NCBI GenBank assembly: GCA_041629335.1
Contig: JBFKNN010000003.1
Location: 1-58,307, forward strand
Source: Burkholderiales bacterium
GTDB lineage: Bacteria; Pseudomonadota; Gammaproteobacteria; Burkholderiales; SG8-41
Direction of reading: 5' to 3'
Length of the DNA stretch: 58,307 nucleotides
Made by a program: the position numbers and the translations under genes. Shown in pieces: positions 18,895 through 26,928 of this stretch. The notes beneath the pieces are model-generated. The model saw only the letters and a list, made by a program, of their open reading frames with translations. It searched no databases and was not told where the DNA came from. Position 1 is the first letter of the stretch. Each line of letters begins with the position of its first letter.

Positions 18895-19938
18895 ATGATC
18901 GATCTGCGCACCGACACCGTGACCCGCCCCACCGAAGCGATGCTCGAATCAATGCGCGAGGCGAGCCTTGGCGACGACTCGCGTGACGGCGACCCGACCG
19001 TCATGAAGCTGGAGGGGTTGGCTGCCGAGCGCACCGGCAAGGAAGCCGGCGCATTCATGCCCAGCGGCACCATGACCAACCTCGTCGCCGTGCTCGCGCA
19101 CACCCAGCGCGGCGGCGAGGTACTGCTCGAATCGGGCTCGCATATCCTCAATTCCGAGCTGGGCGGCATCACCGCGCTTGCCGGGGCGTTCTACCGGGGG
19201 CTGCCGGGCCGCCGCGGCGCGATGGATCTCGGGGAGTTGCGCGAGACGATGCGCCTGCCGACGCGGCAGAATTTCGGCACCGCGCTGGTGTGCATGGAGA
19301 CGACCCACAACCGTGCCGGCGGCGCCGTTCTTCCGCTTTCGCACATGAAGGCCGTGTACGACCTGGCGCACGAGCGCGCAGTGCCGGTGCACCTCGACGG
19401 CGCGCGCCTGTTCAATGCGGCGACCGCGCTGGAAGTCGAGGCGCCCGAGATCGCACGGTACGCCGATTCCGTCACGTTTTGCGTGTCGAAAGGGCTGTCC
19501 GCGCCGGTGGGGTCCATCCTGTGCGGCGCCCGCGCCTTCATCGAGCGCGCCCGCGCCTTCCGCCGCATGGTCGGCGGCAACATGCGGCAGGCGGGTCCGC
19601 TCGCCGCCGCCGGCATTGTCGCCCTCGAGACCATGGTTGGTCGGCTGGCGGAGGACCACGCAACCGCCAAGCGGCTTGCCGCGGGACTCTATGCGATCGA
19701 TGCAGCCCTGACCGACCCGCGCGAGGTCGAGACCAATATCGTGCGGGTGGATGTGCGGAAAAGCGCACGCCGCGCCGCGCAGTGGTCCGCAGACCTGCAC
19801 GACCAGGGGATTCTGGTCGCGCCGGCAGATGCCTGGGTGCTGCGCTTCGTCACCCATCGCCACATCGGCGCGGCGGACGTCGACGCAGCCGTCAGCGCCT
19901 TTGCGGCGCTCTGGAAGCAGCGCTCACCGGCAACCTAG
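18895..19938 (+). CDS. ltaE: Low-specificity L-threonine aldolase family PLP enzyme
   Basis: MIDLRTDTVTRPT, PSGTMTN, ETTHN, HLDGARLFNA, CVSKGLSAPVGS, GGNMRQAG. Confidence 0.85.
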   Translation: MIDLRTDTVTRPTEAMLESMREASLGDDSRDGDPTVMKLEGLAAERTGKEAGAFMPSGTMTNLVAVLAHTQRGGEVLLESGSHILNSELGGITALAGAFYRGLPGRRGAMDLGELRETMRLPTRQNFGTALVCMETTHNRAGGAVLPLSHMKAVYDLAHERAVPVHLDGARLFNAATALEVEAPEIARYADSVTFCVSKGLSAPVGSILCGARAFIERARAFRRMVGGNMRQAGPLAAAGIVALETMVGRLAEDHATAKRLAAGLYAIDAALTDPREVETNIVRVDVRKSARRAAQWSADLHDQGILVAPADAWVLRFVTHRHIGAADVDAAVSAFAALWKQRSPAT

Positions 19939-19956
19939 CCACGGCTCACCGCTCAC

Positions 19957-19991
19957 GAATCAGGAATCAGGAATCAGGAATCAGGAATCAC
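19957..19991. repeat. Tandem heptamer (GAATCAG)x4 plus GAATCAC between convergent genes
   Basis: Read directly from the sequence. Confidence 0.9.
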
Positions 19992-19996
19992 CGATT

Positions 19997-20809
19997 CTAG
20001 ATGATCTTCTTGCGGATGTAGGTGACAACAAGCTCGGCGACGATCACCACCAAGAAAATTGCCACCAGCATCACCGCGACGCGCTCCCACTGGAACAGAT
20101 TCATTGCCGTGTCGATCGCCATGCCGATGCCGCCGGCGCCGACCAGACCCAGCACCGCCGACTCACGCACGCTGATATCCCAGCGAAACAGCGCGATCCC
20201 CCAGAATGCGGGCTCGACCTGCGGCCAGTAGCCCTTCAGCAGAATGCTCTGCCAGGGCGCGCCCGCAGCCCGCAGCGCCTCGACCGGGCCGGGACGCGCC
20301 TCCTCCAGCGCCTCGCCGAAAAGCTTGCCCACGAACCCGATCGAGCGGAACGCGATCGCCATCGTGCCGGCCAACGCACCGGGCCCGAAGATCGCGACGA
20401 ACAACAGCGCCCAAACCAGCGAATTGACCGAGCGCGACGACACGAGCATGAGCTTGGCAAAGTAATTCACCCCGGCCCAGGGCGTGACGTTGTTGGCGGC
20501 GAGGAAACCGAGCGGAACCGCCATCACGATGGCAAGTATCGTCCCCAGCGTGGCGATGTGCAGCGTCTCGATCAGCGCCTCGTGCACGCCCTTGGGATAA
20601 TGCGCCCAGTCGATCGGCCACATGCGTTGGAGCAGATCCGCGACCTGTACGTGGGCATCGTAGAGAAACTCCGGGATGATTTGCACGGTGCGCAACGAGA
20701 TCACGCACGCGAAGACGATGCCGAAATAGAGCGCAAAACGGCCGAGGCGCTCCCTCGGGGTGAAGCGCCGCCATTCGCGGTCGATGGCCGTCGTCGTTCC
20801 CAAGATCAC
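19997..20809 (-). CDS. phnE: Phosphonate-type ABC transporter permease
   Basis: 'GKLFGEALEE...GPVEALRAAGA', 'RWDISVRESAVLGLVGAGGIG'. Confidence 0.9.
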   Translation of the reverse strand: MILGTTTAIDREWRRFTPRERLGRFALYFGIVFACVISLRTVQIIPEFLYDAHVQVADLLQRMWPIDWAHYPKGVHEALIETLHIATLGTILAIVMAVPLGFLAANNVTPWAGVNYFAKLMLVSSRSVNSLVWALLFVAIFGPGALAGTMAIAFRSIGFVGKLFGEALEEARPGPVEALRAAGAPWQSILLKGYWPQVEPAFWGIALFRWDISVRESAVLGLVGAGGIGMAIDTAMNLFQWERVAVMLVAIFLVVIVAELVVTYIRKKII

Positions 20810-20821
20810 GACCCCAAGACA

Positions 20822-20927
20822 GCCACGGGGGACCCAGAGAGCACCGAGCGGGCGAGGCTAGGGCACGGGGGTCGAGCGTTCGCCAAGCGACGTGGACACG
20901 CTCCGGGTTCCCTGTGAACCCTGTCGC
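20822..20927. repeat. Degenerate 9-nt-periodic inverted-repeat element between the two phnE genes
   Basis: Arms 20822-20848 and 20901-20927 match at 18/27 positions as inverted repeats. Confidence 0.5.
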
Positions 20928-20951
20928 AAAAGCTTTGCACGCGGTATTCGG

Positions 20952-21752
20952 TCACAGGTAGAGCCGCTTGATCCGGTTCTGCAGCGCCTCGCTCACCATA
21001 ATGAGCGCGATGATCGCCAGCAAGATCGAAAGCAGGAAGTCGTAGTCGAACTTCTGGAATGCCGCGAACATCGTGCCGCCGATGCCGCCCGCCCCGACGA
21101 TGCCCACCATGGTGGAATTGCGCAGGTTGGAATCGAACTGGTAAGTAGCAAAGCCGACGAAGCGGGTGAGCACCTGTGGCATCACGCCGTAGGTGATCAC
21201 ATTCATGAACGGCGCGCCCGTTGCCCGGATCGCCTCGACCTGCTTCAGCGAGATTTCCTCGATCGCCTCGGCGAGGAGCTTGGCGATGAATCCGATCGAC
21301 GCCACTATCAGAGCGAGGATGCCCGCGAGCGCACCGAACCCCACAGCTTTGACGAAGATGATCGCCACGATCACCTGATGGAAGGACCGGCACAGGGCGA
21401 TCACGAGCCGCATCGGCCAGGTGATCCAGTACGGCATCAGGTTGCGGGCGGCCAGGAGCCCGATCGGCAGCGACAACAGAATGCCGAGGACCGACGAAAT
21501 GACCGCGATCTCGAGCGTCTCGTACAGCCCGCGCATCATCAGCTGCATCTTGGACGCCTCGGTCTCCGGCGGCATCATGCGTCCGAGGAACTTGATGGCG
21601 TTCTCGATGCCGAGCACGAAGCGCTCCCAGGTGACGTCCAGCAGGGAGGCCGCGTAGAGCGCGTACGCGGCGAGCGCGAACCAGGCGATGCGCGCCGGCC
21701 AGTTCGGCAGGAACGCCGGAGATCTCGTCTGTTGTGTCAGTGCCGGGCTCAT
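20952..21752 (-). CDS. phnE: Phosphonate-type ABC transporter permease
   Basis: 'AKLLAEAIEEI...QVEAIRATGA', 'NLRNSTMVGIVGAGGIG'. Confidence 0.9.
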   Translation of the reverse strand: MSPALTQQTRSPAFLPNWPARIAWFALAAYALYAASLLDVTWERFVLGIENAIKFLGRMMPPETEASKMQLMMRGLYETLEIAVISSVLGILLSLPIGLLAARNLMPYWITWPMRLVIALCRSFHQVIVAIIFVKAVGFGALAGILALIVASIGFIAKLLAEAIEEISLKQVEAIRATGAPFMNVITYGVMPQVLTRFVGFATYQFDSNLRNSTMVGIVGAGGIGGTMFAAFQKFDYDFLLSILLAIIALIMVSEALQNRIKRLYL

Positions 21753-21794
21753 GCCGGCCTCCTTCCGTCACACGTCACGGTTCGCCGCCCACGG

Positions 21795-22583
21795 TCATTC
21801 AAGCCAGTCCTCGCCGCCGTAGATCTGCTTCAGATGCGCATCGCTGAGGCCATCGGGCGTGCCGTCGTACACGATCCTGCCGTCCGACATGCCGATGATG
21901 TGGGTCGCGAAGCGCCTCGCCAGCGGGACGTTGTGGATATTGAGAATGACGGGGATGCGCCGGCGCTCCGCGATCGAGACCATCAGCTCCATGATCTCGA
22001 CCGAGGTTTTCGGATCGAGCGACGAGGTCGGCTCGTCCGCGAGCAACAGCTCGGGCTGCTGCATCACCGCGCGCGCGATGCCGACGCGCTGTCGCTGCCC
22101 GCCCGAGAGCGCATCGGCGCGCTGGTTGGCATACTCGGTAAGCCCCACGGTGTCGAGCAGCTCGAAAGCCGCATTGATATCGGCCTGCGGGTACTTGCGC
22201 AGCCACGCCTTGAGCGGAGGCACGTAGCCGAGACGCCCGGAAAGCACGTTCTCCATTACCGTCAGGCGCTCGACGAGGTTGTATTCCTGGAACACCATGC
22301 CGATCCTGCGCCGTGCCTCGCGCAGCGCCTTGCCGCGCAGCCTCGAGATGTCCTGGCCGTGGAACAGGACTTGGCCCGCCGTGGGCTCGACCAGGCGATT
22401 GATGCAGCGGATCAACGTCGACTTGCCTGTCCCGGATGGGCCGATGACCGCGGTGATGCCGCGGTTGGCAAAGGTGATGCTGATATCACGCAGGACCGGC
22501 ACGCCGCGCCGGTACTCCTTGCGCAGCCCGCGGACCTCGAGCGCCGGCGCGCCCGGATCCGCCGGCTGCTGGGCCTCGGCCAT
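21795..22583 (-). CDS. phnC: Phosphonate-type ABC transporter ATP-binding protein
   Basis: [30 protein letters not shown], 'ENVLSGRLG'; TGATG coupling to phnD. Confidence 0.92.
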   Translation of the reverse strand: MAEAQQPADPGAPALEVRGLRKEYRRGVPVLRDISITFANRGITAVIGPSGTGKSTLIRCINRLVEPTAGQVLFHGQDISRLRGKALREARRRIGMVFQEYNLVERLTVMENVLSGRLGYVPPLKAWLRKYPQADINAAFELLDTVGLTEYANQRADALSGGQRQRVGIARAVMQQPELLLADEPTSSLDPKTSVEIMELMVSIAERRRIPVILNIHNVPLARRFATHIIGMSDGRIVYDGTPDGLSDAHLKQIYGGEDWLE

Positions 22584-23629
22584 CAATTCTTCTTGGCCTT
22601 CTCTTCCAGCTTCTTCTTGCGCGCTGCCTCCTCGCGCGCCGACTCCTTGTCGTAGGCAGCGCGGTTGTAAGGCGTGCCGGTGCCCTCCGCGATCTTGCGC
22701 ACCACTTCCCAGTCCTTCTGGTAGGTGATCGGGAAGAAGCGGTCGGCGCCGGCGAAGGTCTTCACCATCTCCGGCGGGAAGCGGAAATCGTAAAAGCATT
22801 TGGTGAGCTGCTTGGCGAATTCCGGCGCGAGATCGTGAGCATAGGCGAACGACGAGGTCGGGAACACCGGGCTCCGATAGATGATGCGGAAGTCGTCGGC
22901 CTTGACCTCGCCGCGCGTCGCCATGCGGTTGAATACGTCCGAGGCGACCGGCGCAGCATCGTAGTCACCGGACTCAACGCCCTTCACCGACTGACCGTGC
23001 CCGCCCGAGAACAGGATCTTGTAATCCTTGTCCGGCACGAGACCTTCGCCCGGGAACAGCACCTGGGGTGCGAGATGGCCCGAATTCGAGGAAGGCGAGG
23101 TATGCGCGACCTTCTTGCCCTTCAGGTCACCCATTGTCTGGAGCGGGCTCGCCTTCTTCACGATCATGATCAGGTTGTAGCCCTGCAGCTCCTTCTCGTT
23201 GCCCTTCACCGCGAACGGTACCGCGCCCGCAAGGTTCACGGCGAAACCGGTGGGGCCGGTCGAGAAGCCCCCGACGTGCAGCCGCCCTGCGCGCATCGCC
23301 TCGATTTCAGCCGCGTTCGATTGGACCGGGAAATAGACCACCCGCTTGCCGGTGCACTTGTTCAGGTATTCGAGGAACGGCTTGAACGCGGTTTCGTACA
23401 CCGCGGCATCTTCCACCGGCGTATAGGTGAAGACCAGGGTGCCGGGATTCTTCCAGCGCTTCGGATCCTTGGGCGTGTCGGCGACGAGGTCCTTGTTCTC
23501 GTCGCAATAAAGCGTGTCGAGCTCGCCGCGGTGCTTGCAGTCATCCGACTGCGCAAACGCAGTCGCTGCCCCGCCGCCCAGAGCCAGCGCGCACAGTATG
23601 TTGAGCAGTGCCACGGGAACAAGCTTCAT
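22583..23629 (-). CDS. phnD: Phosphate/phosphite/phosphonate ABC transporter substrate-binding protein
   Basis: Signal peptide; 'YTPVED', '[10 protein letters not shown]', '[13 protein letters not shown]', 'FSGGH..S'. Confidence 0.88.
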   Translation of the reverse strand: MKLVPVALLNILCALALGGGAATAFAQSDDCKHRGELDTLYCDENKDLVADTPKDPKRWKNPGTLVFTYTPVEDAAVYETAFKPFLEYLNKCTGKRVVYFPVQSNAAEIEAMRAGRLHVGGFSTGPTGFAVNLAGAVPFAVKGNEKELQGYNLIMIVKKASPLQTMGDLKGKKVAHTSPSSNSGHLAPQVLFPGEGLVPDKDYKILFSGGHGQSVKGVESGDYDAAPVASDVFNRMATRGEVKADDFRIIYRSPVFPTSSFAYAHDLAPEFAKQLTKCFYDFRFPPEMVKTFAGADRFFPITYQKDWEVVRKIAEGTGTPYNRAAYDKESAREEAARKKKLEEKAKKN

Positions 23630-23733
23630 TATCCTCTCCTCTCTGATCGGGGGCGCGGGCGCGCCCGGGTTGGGCTGGAACGAACCGTCGCCTACTCTAA
23701 CGGCCACCCTCGAAGCGGGTCAAGCGCGCCATG

Positions 23734-23946
23734 CTAGCGCACGCGCGTCGCGGGAAAATCCTCTTCGATGCTGTCCCGGAAGAAGCTGGCCGGCGATGGT
23801 GCGTTCATCAGGCGGCGGTGGATTTCCGCCGGCACGCCGGCATAGCGCATGACGTTGCCCCCAGTGAACTCGATTTCGAGCACCCGGCTCGCCGGATCAT
23901 AGGCCACCGACCGCAGGTTCGACGCGTTGATTCGCCTGCGTTCCAT
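23734..23946 (-). CDS. KTSC domain protein
   Basis: 'SNLRSVAYDP..RVLEIEF.GG.V.RYAGVP.EI.RRLMNAPS..SFF'. Confidence 0.88.
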   Translation of the reverse strand: MERRRINASNLRSVAYDPASRVLEIEFTGGNVMRYAGVPAEIHRRLMNAPSPASFFRDSIEEDFPATRVR

Positions 23947-23956
23947 TTACCCGTGT

Positions 23957-24433
23957 CTATTGCATCGCCTCGCGCACGATCTGCGCGAGCATCCGGTCGA
24001 CGGCGCGCAGCGCCTGGATCGACTCGCCCGAACCGATGGAGCCGAGCTTGCGATAGGAGAGGTATACCTTCTTCGGGTCCCGGTGTATCGAATAGACGGC
24101 GATGGCATAGGGGCAGAAGACGATGTTGCGGGCATCGGCCTCCATGGCGTCGCGCGAGAGCTTCGAGCTGCAGAACTCGAGCAGTTCGGCCTTGGCGTAT
24201 ATCGGACGGTCGCGGCCGATGTCCTTGCCGGTCCGGTCGAGCATGTCGCCGATCTTGGCGGTGTAATTGAGCACCATTCCGCGGGCCTCGATCGCCATCA
24301 CGACCCGCTCCTTCACATCGTCGAAGTCTCCCTTCACCGAATGGATGACCACGCCGGGCGTTTGCGCGCCAGCGCCGCCGGCAGCCACCACGAGCACGAG
24401 CCCCAACACCGAGGCCAAGCTTCTTGCATTCAT
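23957..24433 (-). CDS. Periplasmic DUF302 domain protein
   Basis: Signal peptide; 'IGDMLDRTG', 'LEFCS..L...AMEAD..NIVFCPYAIAVY'. Confidence 0.82.
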   Translation of the reverse strand: MNARSLASVLGLVLVVAAGGAGAQTPGVVIHSVKGDFDDVKERVVMAIEARGMVLNYTAKIGDMLDRTGKDIGRDRPIYAKAELLEFCSSKLSRDAMEADARNIVFCPYAIAVYSIHRDPKKVYLSYRKLGSIGSGESIQALRAVDRMLAQIVREAMQ

Positions 24434-24728
24434 GATCGCTCCTTTCTTCGCAGTAGCAGGCGGACATCCCGGCTGGCCATCCGCCGCGCCACGGGACCCG
24501 CGCAAGTGTCATGTTAGGTCATTGCCCGCAATTCGTCGCGCGCGCCGCGGGCGTGCACGCAGTACGCCACGCTACTATCGCAACTTTATGTTTTATATAT
24601 ATATTATCTTTATGGCAACGGCCCCCGGCACAGCGCAGGGCGGGCCACCCGCGACCACATACCGGACTGGTTGCGGGGCGGGGGAAGATTTTGTATCGTT
24701 AGCGCTCTGCTGTCAGGGCGGCGAAACG

Positions 24729-24783
24729 CAATGCCCGCGGTGGCGCCGGACTCCTCTCGGAGACAGGCGGACCGCAGGCATTG
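24729..24783 (-). terminator. Long hairpin immediately 3' of the histone H1-like gene
   Basis: CAATGCCTGCGGT...ACCGCGGGCATTG outer stem, inner CTCC-GAGA-GGAG tetraloop; only a weak U tract. Confidence 0.45.
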
Positions 24784-24789
24784 TGTGAG

Positions 24790-25122
24790 TCAGGGCCGAT
24801 TGCCCATCGGAAACGGCCAAGCACCCGGTACTGCAACCGGACGGGGTGCCGCTGGTGCCGGTGCTGCCGGCGCAGCGGGCTGTGCCGCCGATTTGGGTGC
24901 AGCCTTTTTCCTGGCAGCGGATTTTTTCTTGGCTGCTTTCTTCTTAGCCGGCTTCTTGGCCGGCTTTTTTTTGGCCGCCTTTCTCGCTGGCTTGCGCGCG
25001 GCGCTCTTGCGCGCAGCCGCTTTCTTCCTGGTCGCTTTGCCGCGCGCTAGCTTCTTCTTCTTTTTCTTGGCGGTTTTCTTAGCTGCTTTCTTCTTGGCCT
25101 TTCTCTTCCTGGCTTTAGCCAT
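24790..25122 (-). CDS. Histone H1-like nucleoid protein
   Basis: Lys/Ala-rich AKK/PAKK repeats; C-terminal 'AWPFPMGNRP' typical of betaproteobacterial H1-like proteins; GGAGG RBS. Confidence 0.85.
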   Translation of the reverse strand: MAKARKRKAKKKAAKKTAKKKKKKLARGKATRKKAAARKSAARKPARKAAKKKPAKKPAKKKAAKKKSAARKKAAPKSAAQPAAPAAPAPAAPRPVAVPGAWPFPMGNRP

Positions 25123-25273
25123 GCGAACCTCCATTTAAGGTCACCAACGGCACTGCGCCGCGGGGCGCAATGTCCTGCCGACGGCAGCCCCGCCTGACTG
25201 CACAGGGCAACCGACTGCCGCACGAACCGCGCCGGCTCCGATGTCGCGCTCGCGGCGCCGGCGCTGCTGCAGT

Positions 25274-25531
25274 TCAATGCAAGGCTGCTACGGCCTTGCT
25301 CACCAGATCACGGTATAAGACATCCGGATCGAGGTTGATTCCGCCTTCCCATATAACCGCATTCGACACGGGATCGATCGCAGCCCGGCTGAACGTCTCC
25401 TCATCGGAAAGTGCCAGGTAGCTGTTGGTCGACACCAGGTCGCCGAGATAGACATGGCCTTCGAGGCCGTCGTCGAAGCGCAACCAGAGCGTATAGTTGC
25501 GCTCGGCACGAAGTTCGGTGACGGTATGCAT
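25274..25531 (-). CDS. DUF2442 domain protein (start uncertain; TTG 25579 possible)
   Basis: 'YTLWLRFDDGLEG.V.L', 'L.DEE.F....ID....VIWEGGINLDPDVLY'. Confidence 0.75.
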   Translation of the reverse strand: MHTVTELRAERNYTLWLRFDDGLEGHVYLGDLVSTNSYLALSDEETFSRAAIDPVSNAVIWEGGINLDPDVLYRDLVSKAVAALH

Positions 25532-25642
25532 GCCCGGCCGGCGGCTGCGGTAACGGCGGTACTTCAGGCTCACTGCCAATTCAGCGCACCTCCCACTCTG
25601 CTGTCATCGGTCAAGGCTCGAGCTTGCCCCGGATGGCGCCGG

Positions 25643-26764
25643 TCAGTCCCAGGTGAGCGCCCCGCCGGTCTGGTACTCGGTTACGCGCGTCTCGAAGAAA
25701 TTCTTCTCCTTCTTGAGGTCGATCATCTCCGCCATCCACGGGAACGGGTTGGTGGCCCCCTCGTAGAGCGGGTCGAGCCCGATCTGCTGACAGCGGCGGT
25801 TGGCGATGAAGCGCAGGTACTCCTTGAACATGGCCGCATTCAATCCCAATACGCCGCGCGGCATGGTGTCCTCGGCGTAGCGGTACTCGAGCTCGACCCC
25901 CTTCTTGAAGAGCTCCTTGATCTCCTCGCGGAACTCCGGAGTCCACAGGTGCGGGTTCTCGAGCTTGATCGTATTGATGAGATCGATGCCGAAATTGCAG
26001 TGCATCGACTCGTCGCGAAGAATGTACTGATATTGCTCAGCGGCGCCGGTCATCTTGTTCTGGCGACCCAGCGCCAGGATCTGGGTGAACCCGACGTAGA
26101 AGAACAGGCCTTCCATCAGGCACGCGAATACGATCAGGCTCTTCAGGAGCTTCTGGTCGTTGCCCGGCGTGCCGGTCTTGAACGACGGGTCGGTCAGCGT
26201 GTCGATGAACGGGATCAGGAACTCGTCCTTGTCGCGGATCGAGCCGATCTCGTGATAGGCATTGAACACCTCGCCCTCGTCGAGCTGCAGGCTCTCGACG
26301 ATGTACTGGTAAGCATGGGTGTGGATCGCCTCCTCGAACGCCTGGCGCAGCAGGTACTGGCGGCATTCCGGCGCCGTGATGTGACGATACGTGCCGAGCA
26401 CGATATTGTTCGCCGCGAGCGAATCCGCGGTGACGAAGAAACCGAGGTTGCGTTTGACGACGCGGCGCTCGTCTTCGGACAGCCCGTTGGGATCCTTCCA
26501 CAGCGCGATGTCTCGGCTCATCTGGATTTCCTGCGGCATCCAGTGGTTGGCGCAGGCCGAGAGGTACTTCTCCCACGCCCACTTGTACTTGAACGGCACC
26601 AGCTGATTGACGTCGGTGCGGCCGTTGATGACGCGCTTGTCCGCAACGTTGACCCGGCGCATGTCGGGCGCAGCGACGCTGTCGCCGGCGCCCGCCCGCC
26701 CGTCGGTCTGCGGGGCAAAGCCCGCGCCGGCGCCGGCGGTATTGTGTTCCTCGAATTGCAGCAT
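25643..26764 (-). CDS. nrdB: Ribonucleotide reductase class Ia beta subunit
   Basis: Metal ligands [13 protein letters not shown] (radical Tyr retained), MEGLFFY, RDESMH; C-terminal [10 protein letters not shown]. Confidence 0.96.
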   Translation of the reverse strand: MLQFEEHNTAGAGAGFAPQTDGRAGAGDSVAAPDMRRVNVADKRVINGRTDVNQLVPFKYKWAWEKYLSACANHWMPQEIQMSRDIALWKDPNGLSEDERRVVKRNLGFFVTADSLAANNIVLGTYRHITAPECRQYLLRQAFEEAIHTHAYQYIVESLQLDEGEVFNAYHEIGSIRDKDEFLIPFIDTLTDPSFKTGTPGNDQKLLKSLIVFACLMEGLFFYVGFTQILALGRQNKMTGAAEQYQYILRDESMHCNFGIDLINTIKLENPHLWTPEFREEIKELFKKGVELEYRYAEDTMPRGVLGLNAAMFKEYLRFIANRRCQQIGLDPLYEGATNPFPWMAEMIDLKKEKNFFETRVTEYQTGGALTWD

Positions 26765-26928
26765 GTTCAGTCTCCTTTATTGGCTCTTGTGGGTGGACAC
26801 TTGCCGGTGTGACGCCCGATTCTTTATGGATTTCATCGGTGAATCGGCCGTCACCCCGCAACGCAAACCCTCACCTCACACCTCGAACCTCAATCCCAAA
26901 CCGTCGATCTCGAATCCTCGATTCCATC

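Noticed and set aside
24840-25120. Repetitive TTC/GGC-rich DNA resembling an array
   Set aside because: Explained by Lys/Ala/Pro codon repeats of the histone H1-like protein; no repeat-spacer structure and no cas genes.
25643-26764. Possible class Ic or metal-free RNR beta subunit
   Set aside because: The first ligand is Asp, the radical Tyr (HTHAY) is present and all carboxylate/His ligands are retained, consistent with class Ia.
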